This document shows, in pieces, positions 37,086 to 50,656 of a stretch of 64,000 nt of DNA; positions within the stretch are counted from its first letter, which is position 1, and each line of letters opens with the position of its first letter. The notes below the pieces were generated by a model. That model was not told where the DNA came from. It made no database searches and saw only the letters and a list, made by a program, of their open reading frames with translations. Source of the DNA: Lophium mytilinum (Eukaryota); the NCBI GenBank assembly GCA_010093605.1, contig MU004185.1, forward strand, positions 641,334 through 705,333, written 5' to 3'. The translations under genes were made by a program, and so were the position numbers.

Positions 37086-40000
37086 ATGGACGACTCTCTC
37101 AAGGCTGTACGCACTACCTCCACGATAAAAGACGCGCTGTTTGTCCCAGGGTCAAGCAAACAACAACAACAGAAAGGCAGTTTCGCTTTAATCGAGACTC
37201 CGGAGGGCATTTTAGAAGCCCTTAAGGCTCAGCCAGACTACGAAACGGTCCGAAAAGCCTTGAGCTACTTGTCTTCTACTGTTCACAGCAAAAAGTCTTT
37301 TTCAATTCTATCACCAGGGCCTTTATCTGCTCAAATAATCCACATCATAGTTAGCGTCACTATCCTAGATTACTGGCGGCACTTCAACGATAGCGCGAAA
37401 GATTCTCTTTGCCGCAATCAGATCGTTCGATGCCTCCAAAGTGCGAGCGGGATTGGCGCAGTCATTGCCCGACTCAAACTTCTCATCGCCGACGCTAAGC
37501 AAAGCAAACCTGCCGAGAGGATCAAAACTTCATCTCAACATATCGAGGACCTTCTAGATGTTCTCTCTCGCATGCTAGGGGGTGATGAGATATCTTGGCA
37601 AATTTGGGCTGATATCAGTCTACTTGCGCCCAGCACTGTTCGGAAAACCCTTATTTGGAAAGAGTTCGTGTCACAGACAGCGTCTGGCAAGATACTAGCC
37701 ATTGCGGCTGAAGCAGAAGACACGTCGGAATATTCAAGGACAGGTCGAAAGGATGCGTGGCTTGCCCAAGGAAGCGAATATGCGACTTGGCTGGGTCGCA
37801 ACATCGTGAGAATGATTACCAGCATGAACGCTTCCAATGAGAACGAAGCAGCAGGAATATCTACTCTCTTCGGTAAAGCGTTGACGCTTGGGCATACAGG
37901 CAAGTGTACTGTCGTTACCTACATCAGTACCATCTAACAATTCTAGATCGCTTGATCAGTCCTCTGCTCTCAGAGCTGTCCAATCCCGTCTCCAGTTCCA
38001 AATTTCAGGATATACTCCAGAGTCTTGCACCTTATCAGCAACGCCAATTCATGAACTCGACTATACTTTGCCTCTCTAAAGATTATCTAAACCCTCTCCC
38101 TAATACACAGGACGAGGCCGCATTGAAGCCATCTCGCATTGTTTCAGAAGTTGCCGGCCTAATCCACAACTTGATCAAGGGCAATGATCTTCTAGCTGAC
38201 TACCTAGTCTCCTTGCTGACAGGCGCTGTTAGCGGAGCTGTTGATATGCATCTAGCGGTCCGCAGAAGCGTGATAGCTGCTCTTTCCTCTGAAACTGGTA
38301 CGCTCAGGTCAGCGTAAAATTAGATAGTATACTTATTACTTTCTAGGTAGACTTCAATCTGTCATGGAGCGAAGTCTCGCTTCGTTTGGCGACCAGATGT
38401 ACATTAGGCATACCCCAATATTACACCAAGAAGGTAAGTGGACTCGTAACCATCCCACGATCCCAGCCTTACAAGATCTAGCGCTTGCCCAGACTCTCTT
38501 ACTCGCATGCGGACACGTGCATAGATCTCAGCCGAATTCATTAGCTGCCTTGTCGAATTCCAGTATCCATCGGAATGGGATGTCGAACCGAATTGGGGCG
38601 TCTTCGCCTAGAGCTCGCTTCTTAGGAATCATAGTCGGTACTGTGATATCTGAAATCGTAGATGCGCCAGAAAAGAGGATGAAATTCGAGCTTGACAACA
38701 TCGAAGCAGTAGATCTCAAGTGGCATAAACAGCTTACCCACGTCCAAGACCCACTAGGCAATCCCAGCGACCTGATCTCTCCAGAGAAAAAGCGGTTAGA
38801 AACCCAGAACAAACCAAAACAGAGATCAAAGAAAACTCAACAGCAATCAGAAGCTACAGCTCCTAAGGTAAGTTCTAAGCGAACGGCCCTTGACTCTGGT
38901 CAGACCGTTGGCCCAAGAATCGTCGAGATATTGGACTCGTCGGAAGACGATGATCTTATTCCCTATGGAAAGCCAGATTCGGATCCAGAGGATGAGGACG
39001 ATGACCCCACAATGGTCCAAAGAAACAAGCCTACCGCCCCTGTGTACATCCGCGATCTTATAGCTGGCCTGAAAGAAAACGAGGACTACGATCGGCATCA
39101 ATTAGCACTTTCTACTGCTGCTAGCTTAATTCGCAAGAAGGCAAACTTCGGCAAAGAAGTGACCGACCACATCGAACAACTAGCCAGTACTCTTGTGGGA
39201 CTGAATGATCCATTTGAATTGGAGAATTTCTCAGAGATGCGGCAGCAGGCTCTAATAGCTACGTTGCTCGCTCAACCAGCACAAATGGGTCAATGGTTTG
39301 CACGTTCTTTCTTCTCTGGAGACTATTCCCTCACTCAACGAATTGCCATGCTCACCACCATGGGGCTCGGTGCACGAGAACTAGCAGGACTCGAGAACAA
39401 CTCCACAGAATTCACCACCCATACGCCCTCCTTCCCCTCCAAAACCCTCCCTCCAAGACTCCACAAGCTTTACGCCGCCGAGGCAATACCGGTAGCCGCA
39501 CTATCCAACAAAATGGAACATCTCATGTTATCGCCCATGGCAGCCTCAGCCGCCGACAGTCTTACCGGCCCCAACGCCCTGAAAGTCCGAACATTCTCTT
39601 CTCGTATGGCTGTCGAAGCAAAGCGCAAGAAGCCTATTCCGAACGCTCTTGCCGCTATCGTTGCGCAGAACTTCTTCTTCCCGCTCACTGGCCGTTGGTG
39701 GACGCATATGCAGGCGTCTGACCCAGACAATCTCTACACCTCGCCACATCTTCTCCCACCCTTTCTACAGACCCTCGCCATCTTACTCAATGCGAGCGGT
39801 CCAAATACGCTAAGCCTACCGCAAATGACTTCAGAACTGTGGGACCTGCTTTTGAGTGTGAGAGGCGCGGCCATGCAGGATCCGCTGATATTAGCGGCGC
39901 TGTTGTTTGCCCTGCTCACGCTACTCGAGACGAATGAAGATAAGCAGCGGTTGGCGCGAGAGCAGGCGAAGGAGCTGCTGGAGACGCAGGAGTGGGTGAG

Positions 40001-40139
40001 GGGGGTGTTTGAGAGACTGGGGGCGGGTGCGGAAGAGGATGAGAAGGTAAGGATGCTGGCGGCGGGCGTTATGGTTAGGTGCCATGAAGTTGTGGAGAAG
40101 TACCAGCGGAGCATGGCGGGGGATATGATGGATTATTAG
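37086..40139 (+). CDS. TEL2: Telomere length regulation protein Tel2 (TTT complex); introns 37900-37946 (GC-AG), 38298-38346, 38434-38481
   Basis: KPDSDPEDEDDDPT, PVYIRDL, ASLIRKKANFGKEV, GDYSLTQR, LGARELAG, NFFFPLT. Confidence 0.88.
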
Positions 40140-40817
40140 ATGGTGCCCGGACATGAGTCTATGCACTAGCTCTTGAAGCCTTCTTCGGACTCCTCATTAT
40201 GTGCAGGTCTGCCCTAAGTAACGGAGGCATAGGTTGATTAGAGCTATATAGATGGCTCCATGTTGCGTTATCTAGACTTTCATACCCCATCTTAGTTTCT
40301 GGTAATGCGCTGAAGCCCCTCAAACAGTAGCACGCAAGAAAGTGCTAAGGCAACGAGCTGGGAGGACCTGGAAGCGGAAGGCCCAAAAGCTGATAGAATG
40401 GGGGATTAGGTCCTTGCGTCTTGAATTATATCCTAGCTCCCACTCTTACTTCTCAACGTGAGGTCTGAATCACAATCTTGCTCCAATAACATGCCGAAAT
40501 CAGGTCGAAATCGCACGGACTGGCTCCCGTTTAATCTCAACAGTGTGAGAATTACCCTATGTCCAAGGTCCGGTTTGAAGGGTCATGCATTTGACATCGC
40601 AGGACTCGGTGAAATCAAGCGGCTAGCGAGCAATAGCAAAGAACGCGCAAGCAGAAAGGGCCAGCATCGATTCAACCCTGGCATGCCGTTGTTTATTACC
40701 ACCCGGCGGACCACCAATCCCTAAAATATCCAAGAAACTGCTTACGCCGGCTGCCCTGATGAAGATATATTGCCCCCGAGTTCTCTCTTTCATGACTTCG
40801 TAAACTCCACTTCGCCC

Positions 40818-42351
40818 TCATGACTCCGCCTTCATAGTCCCGCACAACGAGCACGTCCACCACTGATTCTCCATAAACGTTCCGCAGTTCAAACAATTCC
40901 AGCCGAGCCGCCCCTTCGCCGGCTCAAAAGGAGTAGCACCAGGACCCCGCATGCTAGCAGCTGGCGGAGCTTTCGGCAGTGGGGGACGCTGCGCGGGTCC
41001 GTATCGCTTGCTCCTGGGTATCGGCTGAGGCGGCTGCTCCAGCCCACAAATTTCGCAACTAAGGAAGTCGAGGGGGTTTAGTAGTGTGCATTGCGGACAT
41101 GCCCACTTGTCCGGGTCGCTGGATGGGACAGGCTCGAGGGGTTGCTCGAAGGCGGGAATGCTGGGGAGGGCTTTCGAGCGGCGTCGTTGTTCATCGTCTT
41201 CGGAGATGAGGCGAGAGGGGGGTCGGCTGGCGCGATTGGCTGAGGAGGTTGTTGAAGAGGATGGTGTTCGAAAGGGGCCAGGGTTCTCCGTGAGGAGTCG
41301 TGATACTGGACGGCTATTGCGGTTGGGTGGCTTTGGGTGGTCTAGAATTAAGCCCTTCTCTTTATTCCAGCTCAAACCTGGTGACTGAGGTTGCGAGTTG
41401 TCGTCGAATGAAAGGCCGTTTTCGCGGTCCCATGCTAGGCCACCGGCTCCGCTTGGTGCATAGAGTTCGTCTAGCCTCGTCATCTCTTCTTCCTCCATAA
41501 GCTCCCGTAGAGCTTGTGCAATAGCACGATCGTTTGCATCATCTTCTTCCGCCTTTGTCCGGAAGCCAATCTTTGATGCATCTGTTGACAGTTTGCCTGC
41601 CTCTTTGCTACCAGAGGCACAGCCTTCAGTGATTGAGTTTCGCCGAGCTGCGGCGTCTGCAATGACCCTCCGCATATCAACGCCAGGGGTAACAGGTGAG
41701 CCGCCGAGCTTCCTCCCAGATCCAGCAGTGATTGCGCTGATCGAGCGTCGCTTTTCGGCGGCAGCGCGGGCTTGTCGCCGCATTTCGGTCAAGGGGACAC
41801 GCTTCCCGCCCAATTTCTTGCCTTGCCCTAAGAAGCCCTCGCCGGTGTAGCCCTTGGCGAGCAGCGACTGATGCTCCTCGCGAAGCTCATTCCAGCAGTT
41901 TTGGAAGTTCTGATCATGCGGACCCCATATGATATGTGAAAGCCTATAAATATTAGTAGTCAGCACGTGTTAGTATATCGGGGTCTTACTCGTGTAGGAG
42001 TGTATCTATGACTTGCTCCAGTGGGAGGAACTGTCGGGAATCATAGTGGTAGCGGAGCCGAATCAGGATTCTCTCAGTCTTATTGACGTTAAGTCCTAGA
42101 AAATGATTAGACTGACAGTTGATGTAATTAAAGACATGGATCTTACCCAACAGGTTTTCTTGGTCTGGTAGAAACTCAGCCAGTGTTCCTACTTTCCAAC
42201 CGCGCTTCCTCATCATAGGCTTAGCTGCCGAGGCAGCCTTGCGAAGCATGACCAGAGCCTCTTGCTCACGCGGGAGATGCTTCATATGCTCGTAAGCATC
42301 GAAGTGGGAGTCGATCTCCCGCATATTTGCAGATCCGCCTGTGCGGCTCAT
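40818..42351 (-). CDS. WSS1: WLM-domain Zn metalloprotease (Wss1-like) with C-terminal RanBP2-type zinc fingers; introns 42096-42146 and 41944-41989
   Basis: KPMMRKRGWKVGTLAEFLP..LLGLNVN; spliced HELSH (HExxH) followed by GPHD; G.LGG motifs; WACPQCTLLN..C..C and WNCLNCGTFMENQWWTCSLCG. Confidence 0.85.
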
Positions 42352-42933
42352 GGTGTTTCACAGGCTTGTTAAGAAAGTGGGTATGAAGTCGCTTGCACGG
42401 CGGTCGATCTTAGCACCAGCCTCTTAGTTGATGTTGATGGGCTGCAGCTGGGTCTTGACAAGAAAGATAGATGAGAGCGAATATTTTAGCGGAAAAAACA
42501 CTCGAGGGCGCGATATCATGGAAAGACATAGAAGAGGATTATGGAAGAGGTTACGTCCGCGAAGGCAAACTCGGCCACGTAAGCTGCATTCACAAGGCTG
42601 ATGAGAAAGCTGGGTATTGAGAGAGAAATGGTTTGCTGCAAACTTAGAGCCACAGTACTCGAGAGCGCTTTGCTACTTGTTGGATTCGACCCTATGCAGG
42701 TATCCGTGGTGGGAGGCTCCCATATGTAGTCGCTGACGGCGAGGCTGAGTCGAGGAGCATTGCCACCACCAATGAACGCGGACAGCTCCATATCGGTCAC
42801 GTGCTCGGCGATAACACGACACTCCCGCCATGATGATCATCTTGAACCGTCATCTCCAACGTCTCCTCTTTTGTTCCACGTAGCCATCTAGCTCCGCACT
42901 TATTGATCATTTGCTCTCTCAAAGTCGACAGCC

Positions 42934-44429
42934 ATGACGGCCGACGACCAGCACTTCCTTGATAGCGTGAGCACACCCCCGCGTATCCCCAAAGACGCTT
43001 TGATTAACATCTCTAGATTTTCTACGGTGCCGAGAAGATTGGCAATGGCGTCGCCGACTATACAAACCAACACATTGCCTGGGTAGCAGGCAGCATAAGA
43101 AAGCAACTCGAAGATGCGGACTGGCTTCCACAGGCCGTCCGACCACCCCCGCCCCCACCACGCGCCCTCTCCAGATTACCACCCGGATACCTCGAGCGTG
43201 TGCAGGACTGGGTGTCACAGAACCGAGCGGTGACCGCAGCGCTTGTTGCATTCATTGGAACTGGGTCCTTCTTGCTTTATAGGAAGAAGAAGACATACAG
43301 CCGGAAACGGAGGGCGAGGAGGGCCAGCAACGGCGCAAGGCGGGAAGTCGTCGGTATGAAGTCTGCTTATATTGCGCATTATGATGGAGGCTGACAGACG
43401 CAGTGATTGCCGGACCACCGAGCTCACCTATCACCAAGTCGATATCGCTAGATCTAGAACGGCGAGGATTTATTGTGTATGTGGTCGTGAATAGTGTCGA
43501 GGAGGAGCAGACAGTGCAAAGCGAGGCGCGGGTAGATATCAGGCCGCTTAATCTTGATATCGTTGATGTAGGTACACTACTGGCTCCTCTGACTACGAAG
43601 CTAATCCACAGTGTAGACGTTAAGCGCGCAGGAAGCAATCGAGCGATTTAACAATCTGCTACTGAGTCCACATGTCGCCTTCTCAGGAGCCTCCCCGCAC
43701 AACCTTCATTTCAACGGTCTTATCCTCGTCCCAGACCTCATATACCCCTCAGGTCCGATCGAGACAGTGTCCCCGGAGCTCTGGTCAGATGCGCTTAATG
43801 CGAAGGTGCTGAGCACGATTGCAACTACACAAGCGTTCCTACCTACTATCTGCGAGTTTAAAGCGCGAGTGCTTGTCCTCACGCCGAGTATCGTCTCGTC
43901 GTTGAGACCACCCTTCCACGGGGTTGAGAGCGCCGTGGTGGGGGCGCTTGAGGGGTTCACAACGTCCCTTAGGGGAGAACTAGGCACTTTAGGGATCGAT
44001 GTATGCCAGTTCAAGCTGGGCACATTCGACTACGGAAGCGTGGGCGGCAAGCAACATCTGCAGTCCATCGGCGGACCCAAGACTTACACCTGGCCGGCAT
44101 CGGCGAGGGCACATTACGCGCACAACTATGTGACGCAAAGCCGGATTGCGGGGAGCAAAGGGCTGTTCAATGAGCATGGCAGCGCGGCATCAGGAAGTGC
44201 GCTGCGGGAGCTGCACAATGCCATTTTCGACGCGTTGACGCAGAAGCATCCTCGGAAGGTGTGGAGGGTCGGACGAGGCAGCGTGGCGTACGACGTGGTG
44301 GGCAAGTGGGTTCCGGCAGGGCTGGTGGGATGGATGCTGGGGATACGGCGCGTATCACTGGACGAGGTCGCCGAGCTGCAATTGGAGGACAGCACGCAGT
44401 CGTGGGAGAAGGTCGAGTCGGTTGTGTGA
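42934..44429 (+). CDS. DUF1776 / short-chain-dehydrogenase-like protein; introns 42967-43016, 43354-43403, 43568-43616
   Basis: MTADDQHFLD; TM segment followed by RKRRARRASNGARREVVVIAG; LDLERRGFIVY; PSGPIE; VGRGSVAY. Confidence 0.8.
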
Positions 44430-45577
44430 GGTAATGGGTGCGGTGCTTAGGCGCTATGGCGTTGATTCCACTCCTGTACGATGAGAGCACGGCAGACAGC
44501 GGGTATGTTTTCCTGGGCCGTCGAAGCTCTGTATTTTCGAGGGGACTAATGGCGAATTGGAAGTGGATCGATGCAGTGTGAGCGATGGACTGTTCGAGGA
44601 ATCTCCCGTCAACCGTGCTCTGTACTATGTATGGAAACAAGCTCTTCTCTAGCGAGCCGCAGTCGTGTGAAGCGTGATGCGTTCTACCATGGAAACCAAT
44701 GCCACTACCCAAACAGACTAGATAACTTCGTGATGGCTGCCAGAGTGCAGGACAGTGACGCAACAGAGTGGTGTTGAGTAAGAGGCTATGGATTGCTATT
44801 TTGGAACTGAAGGTGCTAGCTCTGCATCCGCATCCGCATCCTGAATCTCGTATACTCACGGCCCGTGGGTTGATTTCTCATAAGAAACAGTCAGCGCGGT
44901 GCCAAGAGGCGCAATTTGGCGGTTCTGTGGAGAGGCGGTCGCAATTGAAATCACTCGCAGCGATGATCAGCAGCCAAAAACAACACCAAAGCCAGGCTGC
45001 GTTCACGATGGACTGCGAGGCCCTGACAGGTGGAGAAAGCGTAAGATGAGCCGGCCAGATGCATCGCCAGGCCGTCCCCGGGCGCTCGTGATTGGTGCGG
45101 TGCCGTGGTTCATAGCTGAAACCCGTGCTCTTGGCCCGACCCCGTATTCCAAACTCAACGGCTTCTCCTGACCTTGAGACGACCACGCCCTCCATGTCCC
45201 TCGCTCTCTCCTGGACTGCCACTGCCACTGCGTGCGAGAACTTCTTCCATACCGTCCTCACTGTCGCTACGTGTCCACCAGCCGTGCATACCGCCGCCTC
45301 GTCACCGCCGGCTTGCCATTCCTTCACTGCGACAATCACCACTGCGCATGAACCCTGAACGCTGCCGTCGCCACCACCTGCCACAGCCACCCACCCTGAG
45401 ACTACCTTCTATGCGCTCGACTCCCCCTCTTAATTCCTCACCCTCCTCTGCACCTTAGCCGCTGCCTCGACTGCGCCCGCATGACGGCACGCGACTACCA
45501 ACCAGCTACCCGCCCATAATACATCGACATCACCGCTCACCTTTCACCCTCCACCCTCCTAGTAATCTGCCTTCAAC

Positions 45578-47914
45578 ATGGTCAATCGCCCGGATCGCCC
45601 GTACAATTTGGACTTCCAGCCCAACCACAATGCGCAATCGCAGTCGGACTCGCGGTCGCGCAACCCCGACTTCGTCCTTAATGATCTGCCCTCTCCGACG
45701 TCGGGTGGAGTGTGAGTTAAGCCCCTCTAATAAGATGTAGTAATACTAATAAAACGTCAAGACCACCCGCCCTTTCACCACTTGATGCTCTAGCGCTACG
45801 GGGCAGATTGCTCGCCCAGGAGTTCGAGAGGAAGAACAGCGTTGGACGTCGGATTAGCAGGCTGCCCCCGCTCACCATCGCCAACGAATTTGGAAACCGC
45901 CCCGACTTCTTTCGATCCATTTCGGGGGAGTCTGCCAATTCTCAATCGCTCCCATTTCAGGACGAACCAGATGAGCTCGAGTTCCAAGAAGAGCACACGC
46001 CCCAGAGTGCACGCGAAACGCGGCCAGACAACAAGCACAAGTCTTTCTATCCCCAGATTCAGTCGGATGATGCGCCTTATGAGAAGACCTTCCCCTTTCG
46101 GAATAATCTATCAAAGGTGGACGAGGCGGAGCAGCCTGTGCCTGACAGCCAGGACTACTTCGGCATACCTAGGACACATTCGCCAATGCCAGCTGAGCCC
46201 CGTATAGGGCCCGTCCAAGAAGCTACTCCAGTGACTCCCGGTTCGCATCTCGGCCAAAATGCAACGTACCCGTTTACTTCCAAACAGCCTCTCAAGCAGA
46301 GCACACTGGCTATCGATTCCGTGGCCGCACGGGGCTATGGACCAAATGCTCTCCAGCCACCACGGTCTCCGGCACCATCGAGGTCACCTCGCGTCTCACC
46401 TAGCATCCGCTCGGTCCCTGGCGACAGCTCTGATGAAGTCGAGGGTATGTCCCTAGGAGGCTCATACGACTCACTTCCTCGGCGACAGATGTCTACAAAT
46501 TCTTCTTTTTCACACCCTTATTCTCCAGGATCCCCATTCATCAATCAATCTATTCCTCGGTCGCCTTCTTTATCGTCCGAATATTCCGTTGGGGGTACAC
46601 AACTACCTCGCCCTGCTTTCAACTTTTCTCGGCCACTTAGCAGTGCTAGCCGGCCTTCTTTTGACATCCGACCTTCATTTGAAGGGCCCTCTCGACAAAC
46701 GTCAGACGAGAGCGCCATGATGAGGCCTTCGTTTGACAGTTCAAGGCAGTATGCCAATGATAGTCCCCTCACGAATTATTCGAACGACGTCGTGCACACC
46801 CCTGTGAGCATGACCAGCGAAGACTTCCGCAGATCGTCAGACTCGCAAAATCACCCGGTACCGGCTTATACCTATTCCCGATTTGATCTACCCCGTGGGC
46901 GAGAACCTCAGCGAGAGTCAATCAACGCAGCTGATTTCTTGAACAAACAGATCCAATGGGACCAACCTCAAAACGGCAAAGGCCCTAACAACCCACCTAC
47001 ATCGCGGACACGGCCACCTTCACCACCATCACCGCCTCACTCCATGGACAGACCTAGAAGTCAACCTGCACCGCCAGCTGCAGTGTCTCGAACTTCATCA
47101 GCAGAACGTCACGGCGCGCCTTCGCTCACGTCCAGCAACAGCACAATCCGACCAGCCCGTCCTGCCGGTTCTGGCGAGGTCACTGCTGAACAGCATCTTG
47201 ACCGCGGCATTGCATGCCATGAAGCTGGGTCTTTGAAAGAGTCAACCTACCACCTTCGTCTTGCTGCAAAGGCTGGCCTCCCGACTGGCATGCTCCTTTA
47301 CGCCCTCGCCTGCCGCCATGGATGGGGCATGCGCAAGAACGAAGCCGAAGGTGTGTCCTGGCTACGCCGTGCTGTCGACATCGCCCAGCTCGAGGTAGCC
47401 GAGGATGAGGACCAGACGAAGCAAGGCAAACCCTCGGATATCATGGAACGCAAGACCCACAAAGCCCAATTCGCTTATTCCATCTACGAGCTCGCTCAAT
47501 CGTATGCGAATGGCTGGGGCATTCAGCAAGATAAAACTCTGGCATTGCGGTGCTATGAAATTGCTGGAAACTGGGGAGACCCAGATGCCCTTACCGAGGC
47601 TGGTTTCTGTTATGCACAGGGAGTAGGATGCAAGAAGGATATGAAGAAAGCGGCGAAGTTCTACCGAATGGCTGAAGCGAAGGGAGTGAGCATGGCTGGG
47701 AACAGCTGGTGAGTTTATTTCGGCACTGTTACACATCTACAATGTACTAATTTCAAACAGGATCTACAAAGATAAATACATGGACGACGCGTCCTCAGAT
47801 GCGAGGTCCACACGATCAGGCCGCTCGACGAAGAAAGACACGTCAGAGAAGAAGCCCCGCGACAAATCACGGACGCGAACTATCTTTGGCCGAAAGAAGA
47901 GCTTCGCCACATAG
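45578..47914 (+). CDS. Dsf2/Nif1-like SEL1-repeat protein; introns 45712-45761 and 47709-47760
   Basis: PPALSPLDA, long Ser/Pro-rich region, HLDRGIACHE, LYALACRHGWG, IYELAQSYANGWG, WGDPDA, AAKFYRMAEAKG..GNSW|IYKDKY. Confidence 0.85.
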
Positions 47915-49369
47915 ATCGAACCCCCTTTTCTCTTAAAAAATGTGCATACTGCAAGTTTGCAGAAGCATTGTCATTGGCGACGGCGTACCTGGGTGTTTGT
48001 GCATTGCGGGTCTTATTGCATATCCTCGGACAGGCACGGCGTATTGGTATGAGGAGGATTCCACCCCCCATTTCGGGATTCTGTCGCACTTCTCTTTTCG
48101 TTCTTACTTATATCCTCACTTTGGGCTATGCCACCACACACGCACGTTTTGTTGCGTGTATTTGGGCAGCCGCTGCACAGCATTTTCCTTTGTCTATATG
48201 TCTGGTGCTTCTTTTGACATCACTGGAGTTTGATGTCACAAGGGCAATTTGTTTCTGTAAAACATACTCCCAGCACTGGTGCTGGCTGCGGACCTGGTCT
48301 CGTTAGGGGAGGAGAAAGGGACAGGTTGGCGTGTTAATGTCTTCGAGAGGGTTTTATTCACCATGTTGGGTGGAAGGAAGTGCTTCGAGGGAGGGCCTGC
48401 CAGGTACAGAGTGTATCTATTGGTGGAAGTTGTCGATGTACTTATGTACTTTTATGAATCCAGAGGCGTTGGATTACAGATTGGTCATTGGGAGCGTTCA
48501 TTGAGAGTGACATACGGTGCCTGATGAACTCGTGTACACCTTAGACAGGTTGATCTCACCTACTGAAATGGGAGTGATACCGACTCCCATCATTACAGTT
48601 GTACTCTATTCGAGTAGAGTAGCCTGACTTCGAAGGCACGACAATACTATGCCAAATATGCACTGGCTCCCCTTCATACATCCCGATACACTATAAGTCA
48701 GTCTGATCCTATGGTCTAATTCAGGGCTACACAAATTCACAAACGAAAGTTGTGCCCAAATCACACAGGCTTGTCAATCTACTACTATCTACCCTATGAA
48801 AGAGATCTTATAGAGGTGTCGATGTGCACGCAACCAAAGTGTTATTTAATGTGCGATGTTAAGACACTTCGTTGGGCTTGGATATTAAATTATATATTGG
48901 AGACCTTCAAGCCATGGCAGGAAGGTGTATACTCGACACTCATTGGCGGTCTGATGTAGGATGTCGTGCAATAATGAGTCAAAATCGAGTTTGAATCACA
49001 CGGACTGGTTCCCGTTTATACGTTTCGATGCCTCGAAACGACAGCTAAGACCCTGGCCTGATTTGCAGCGTGCTGGACATGACATGTTGAAAAAGGGGGA
49101 TAATAGGGTCCTGGGTTGATGTATTCAAGCTCCCTACGCCGTCTCAGGTCATCGTCTTCTTCCATGTGTCCCAAGGTATATATTGAGCTGTTATAAAATT
49201 CGAAAAGATTTGATTCCTACGCCTTTGGTCCTTCTATGATGTGTTGTATATACGAGTGTGACGAGAAAGATAACGGCCTCCTGAAAATAGAAAATCCAAC
49301 GCCAACCGGCTCATGCTTCGCGAATTGATACAAAAAGCTCTTTATACAAACAGAAACAGAAACAGGGGT

Positions 49370-50656
49370 CTACGCCGTGCTGTTCTCCACCACAACAGCC
49401 ACTACGGCTGCGATATCATCTGGCTTCCCGCCATGCCATTTCTCCTCAGGGTAATACTTCTGCACCTCCTTCGCAAAGGGACCGTCTCGCCTGGTGTTCA
49501 GGCTCGTCTCCTTTGCCTCCTTGGTGATAGCGAGAGCGAGCTTCGCCTGGAGGGATTTGGCATTCGCTTTCTGCGACGCCTTATCTGCTTGCGTCAGCGC
49601 CGCAAGGTCTTCGCTGACGCCTAACTCCTGGTCCCCCTTTTCGACCCACGCTCCGAGCTCCAACATGCACTTGCTGACGACCCCGAGAGCGTCCTGTGAG
49701 CTCAGATTATCCCACACGCCATCCGTTGCGAAGATGAGGACGTCGCCATGGCGGACACGATGGGACGTTACATTCGCATCCTTCGGCAAGTCAGCCAGCG
49801 GGCTGGATCCAAACACCGACATCTGCACCAACATGCGCTCCGGCGTCTTCGACAGCTGATACGGAGTATTGAACGCGTGGGTCTGCGGGCGCGAAACATG
49901 CTTGACCGCATGCAAGCTCAGATGCATGAAGCCTGAATCCCCCAGATTCGCAACCTCCACAGAACCGTCCGCCGCGCCCAGCGCAACACTCGCCGTGCTG
50001 CCCCCGCCCAGAATGCTCTTGTCCGCCATGACCTCGTCGAAGCCCACTTGCAGCAGATCCCTGGGTCGCAGCGGGCCCGGCTTCGCCGCCGCCGCCGGGT
50101 GCATCCGCGCTGCGCACGCCATGTAGTCGCAGAGCCCGTGGGCGAAGTCGGCCGGGTCGACCCCGGATTCCGCCCACCCGCCCACGCCGTCCGCGACGCC
50201 GAAGACGGTCGAGGACGTTGCGCCGACTTGGCTCACGAAGAAGGCGTCTTGCCCGCTCCGCGGCCGCGGGCGAGAGGCGTCGGTCTGGCGCTTGCATTCT
50301 TTCAGGTCGGTAAGGGCGCTCTTGTGGGCTTCGAAGGGCTTCTGGGTGAAGAGGTTCGTGTCGGGGGCAAGGCGGTGCCCTTTTGCGGAGTAGGAGGCGG
50401 CGATGCGGTAGGTGTAGGTAGGCGCAGTGTTTGAGGCATGGCAGGTGGAGCTGAAGGGGCGGTTTGCCGGGCAAGTTGGTGCGGGCGAAGTACCCCAGAC
50501 GTGAGGATTGTAGGCGCGTGTAGCGGACGCGGCGGCGAGGAGAGAGGAGGTCGAGAGGCAGAGGAGGAGGAGGCCGGGGGAGCGTGCTAATCGTGAGCTG
50601 GCGCGATATGCAAGACTTTCGGAGAGTCCCAATGCGCCGGGAGCGGCGAAGCCCAT
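49370..50656 (-). CDS. PTC7: PP2C-family phosphatase Ptc7/Azr1-like
   Basis: SGQDAFF, GVADGVGGW, GGGSTA, ANLGDSGF, QTHAFNTPYQL, ATDGVWDNL, DGPFAKE, GGKPDDI; exact start uncertain. Confidence 0.88.
   Translation of the reverse strand: MGFAAPGALGLSESLAYRASSRLARSPGLLLLCLSTSSLLAAASATRAYNPHVWGTSPAPTCPANRPFSSTCHASNTAPTYTYRIAASYSAKGHRLAPDTNLFTQKPFEAHKSALTDLKECKRQTDASRPRPRSGQDAFFVSQVGATSSTVFGVADGVGGWAESGVDPADFAHGLCDYMACAARMHPAAAAKPGPLRPRDLLQVGFDEVMADKSILGGGSTASVALGAADGSVEVANLGDSGFMHLSLHAVKHVSRPQTHAFNTPYQLSKTPERMLVQMSVFGSSPLADLPKDANVTSHRVRHGDVLIFATDGVWDNLSSQDALGVVSKCMLELGAWVEKGDQELGVSEDLAALTQADKASQKANAKSLQAKLALAITKEAKETSLNTRRDGPFAKEVQKYYPEEKWHGGKPDDIAAVVAVVVENSTA

Noticed and set aside
50480..50656. 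Yeast-PTC7-like in-frame intron encoding a TM helix
   Set aside because: A hydrophobic stretch is present, but no credible donor/branch/acceptor set flanks it.
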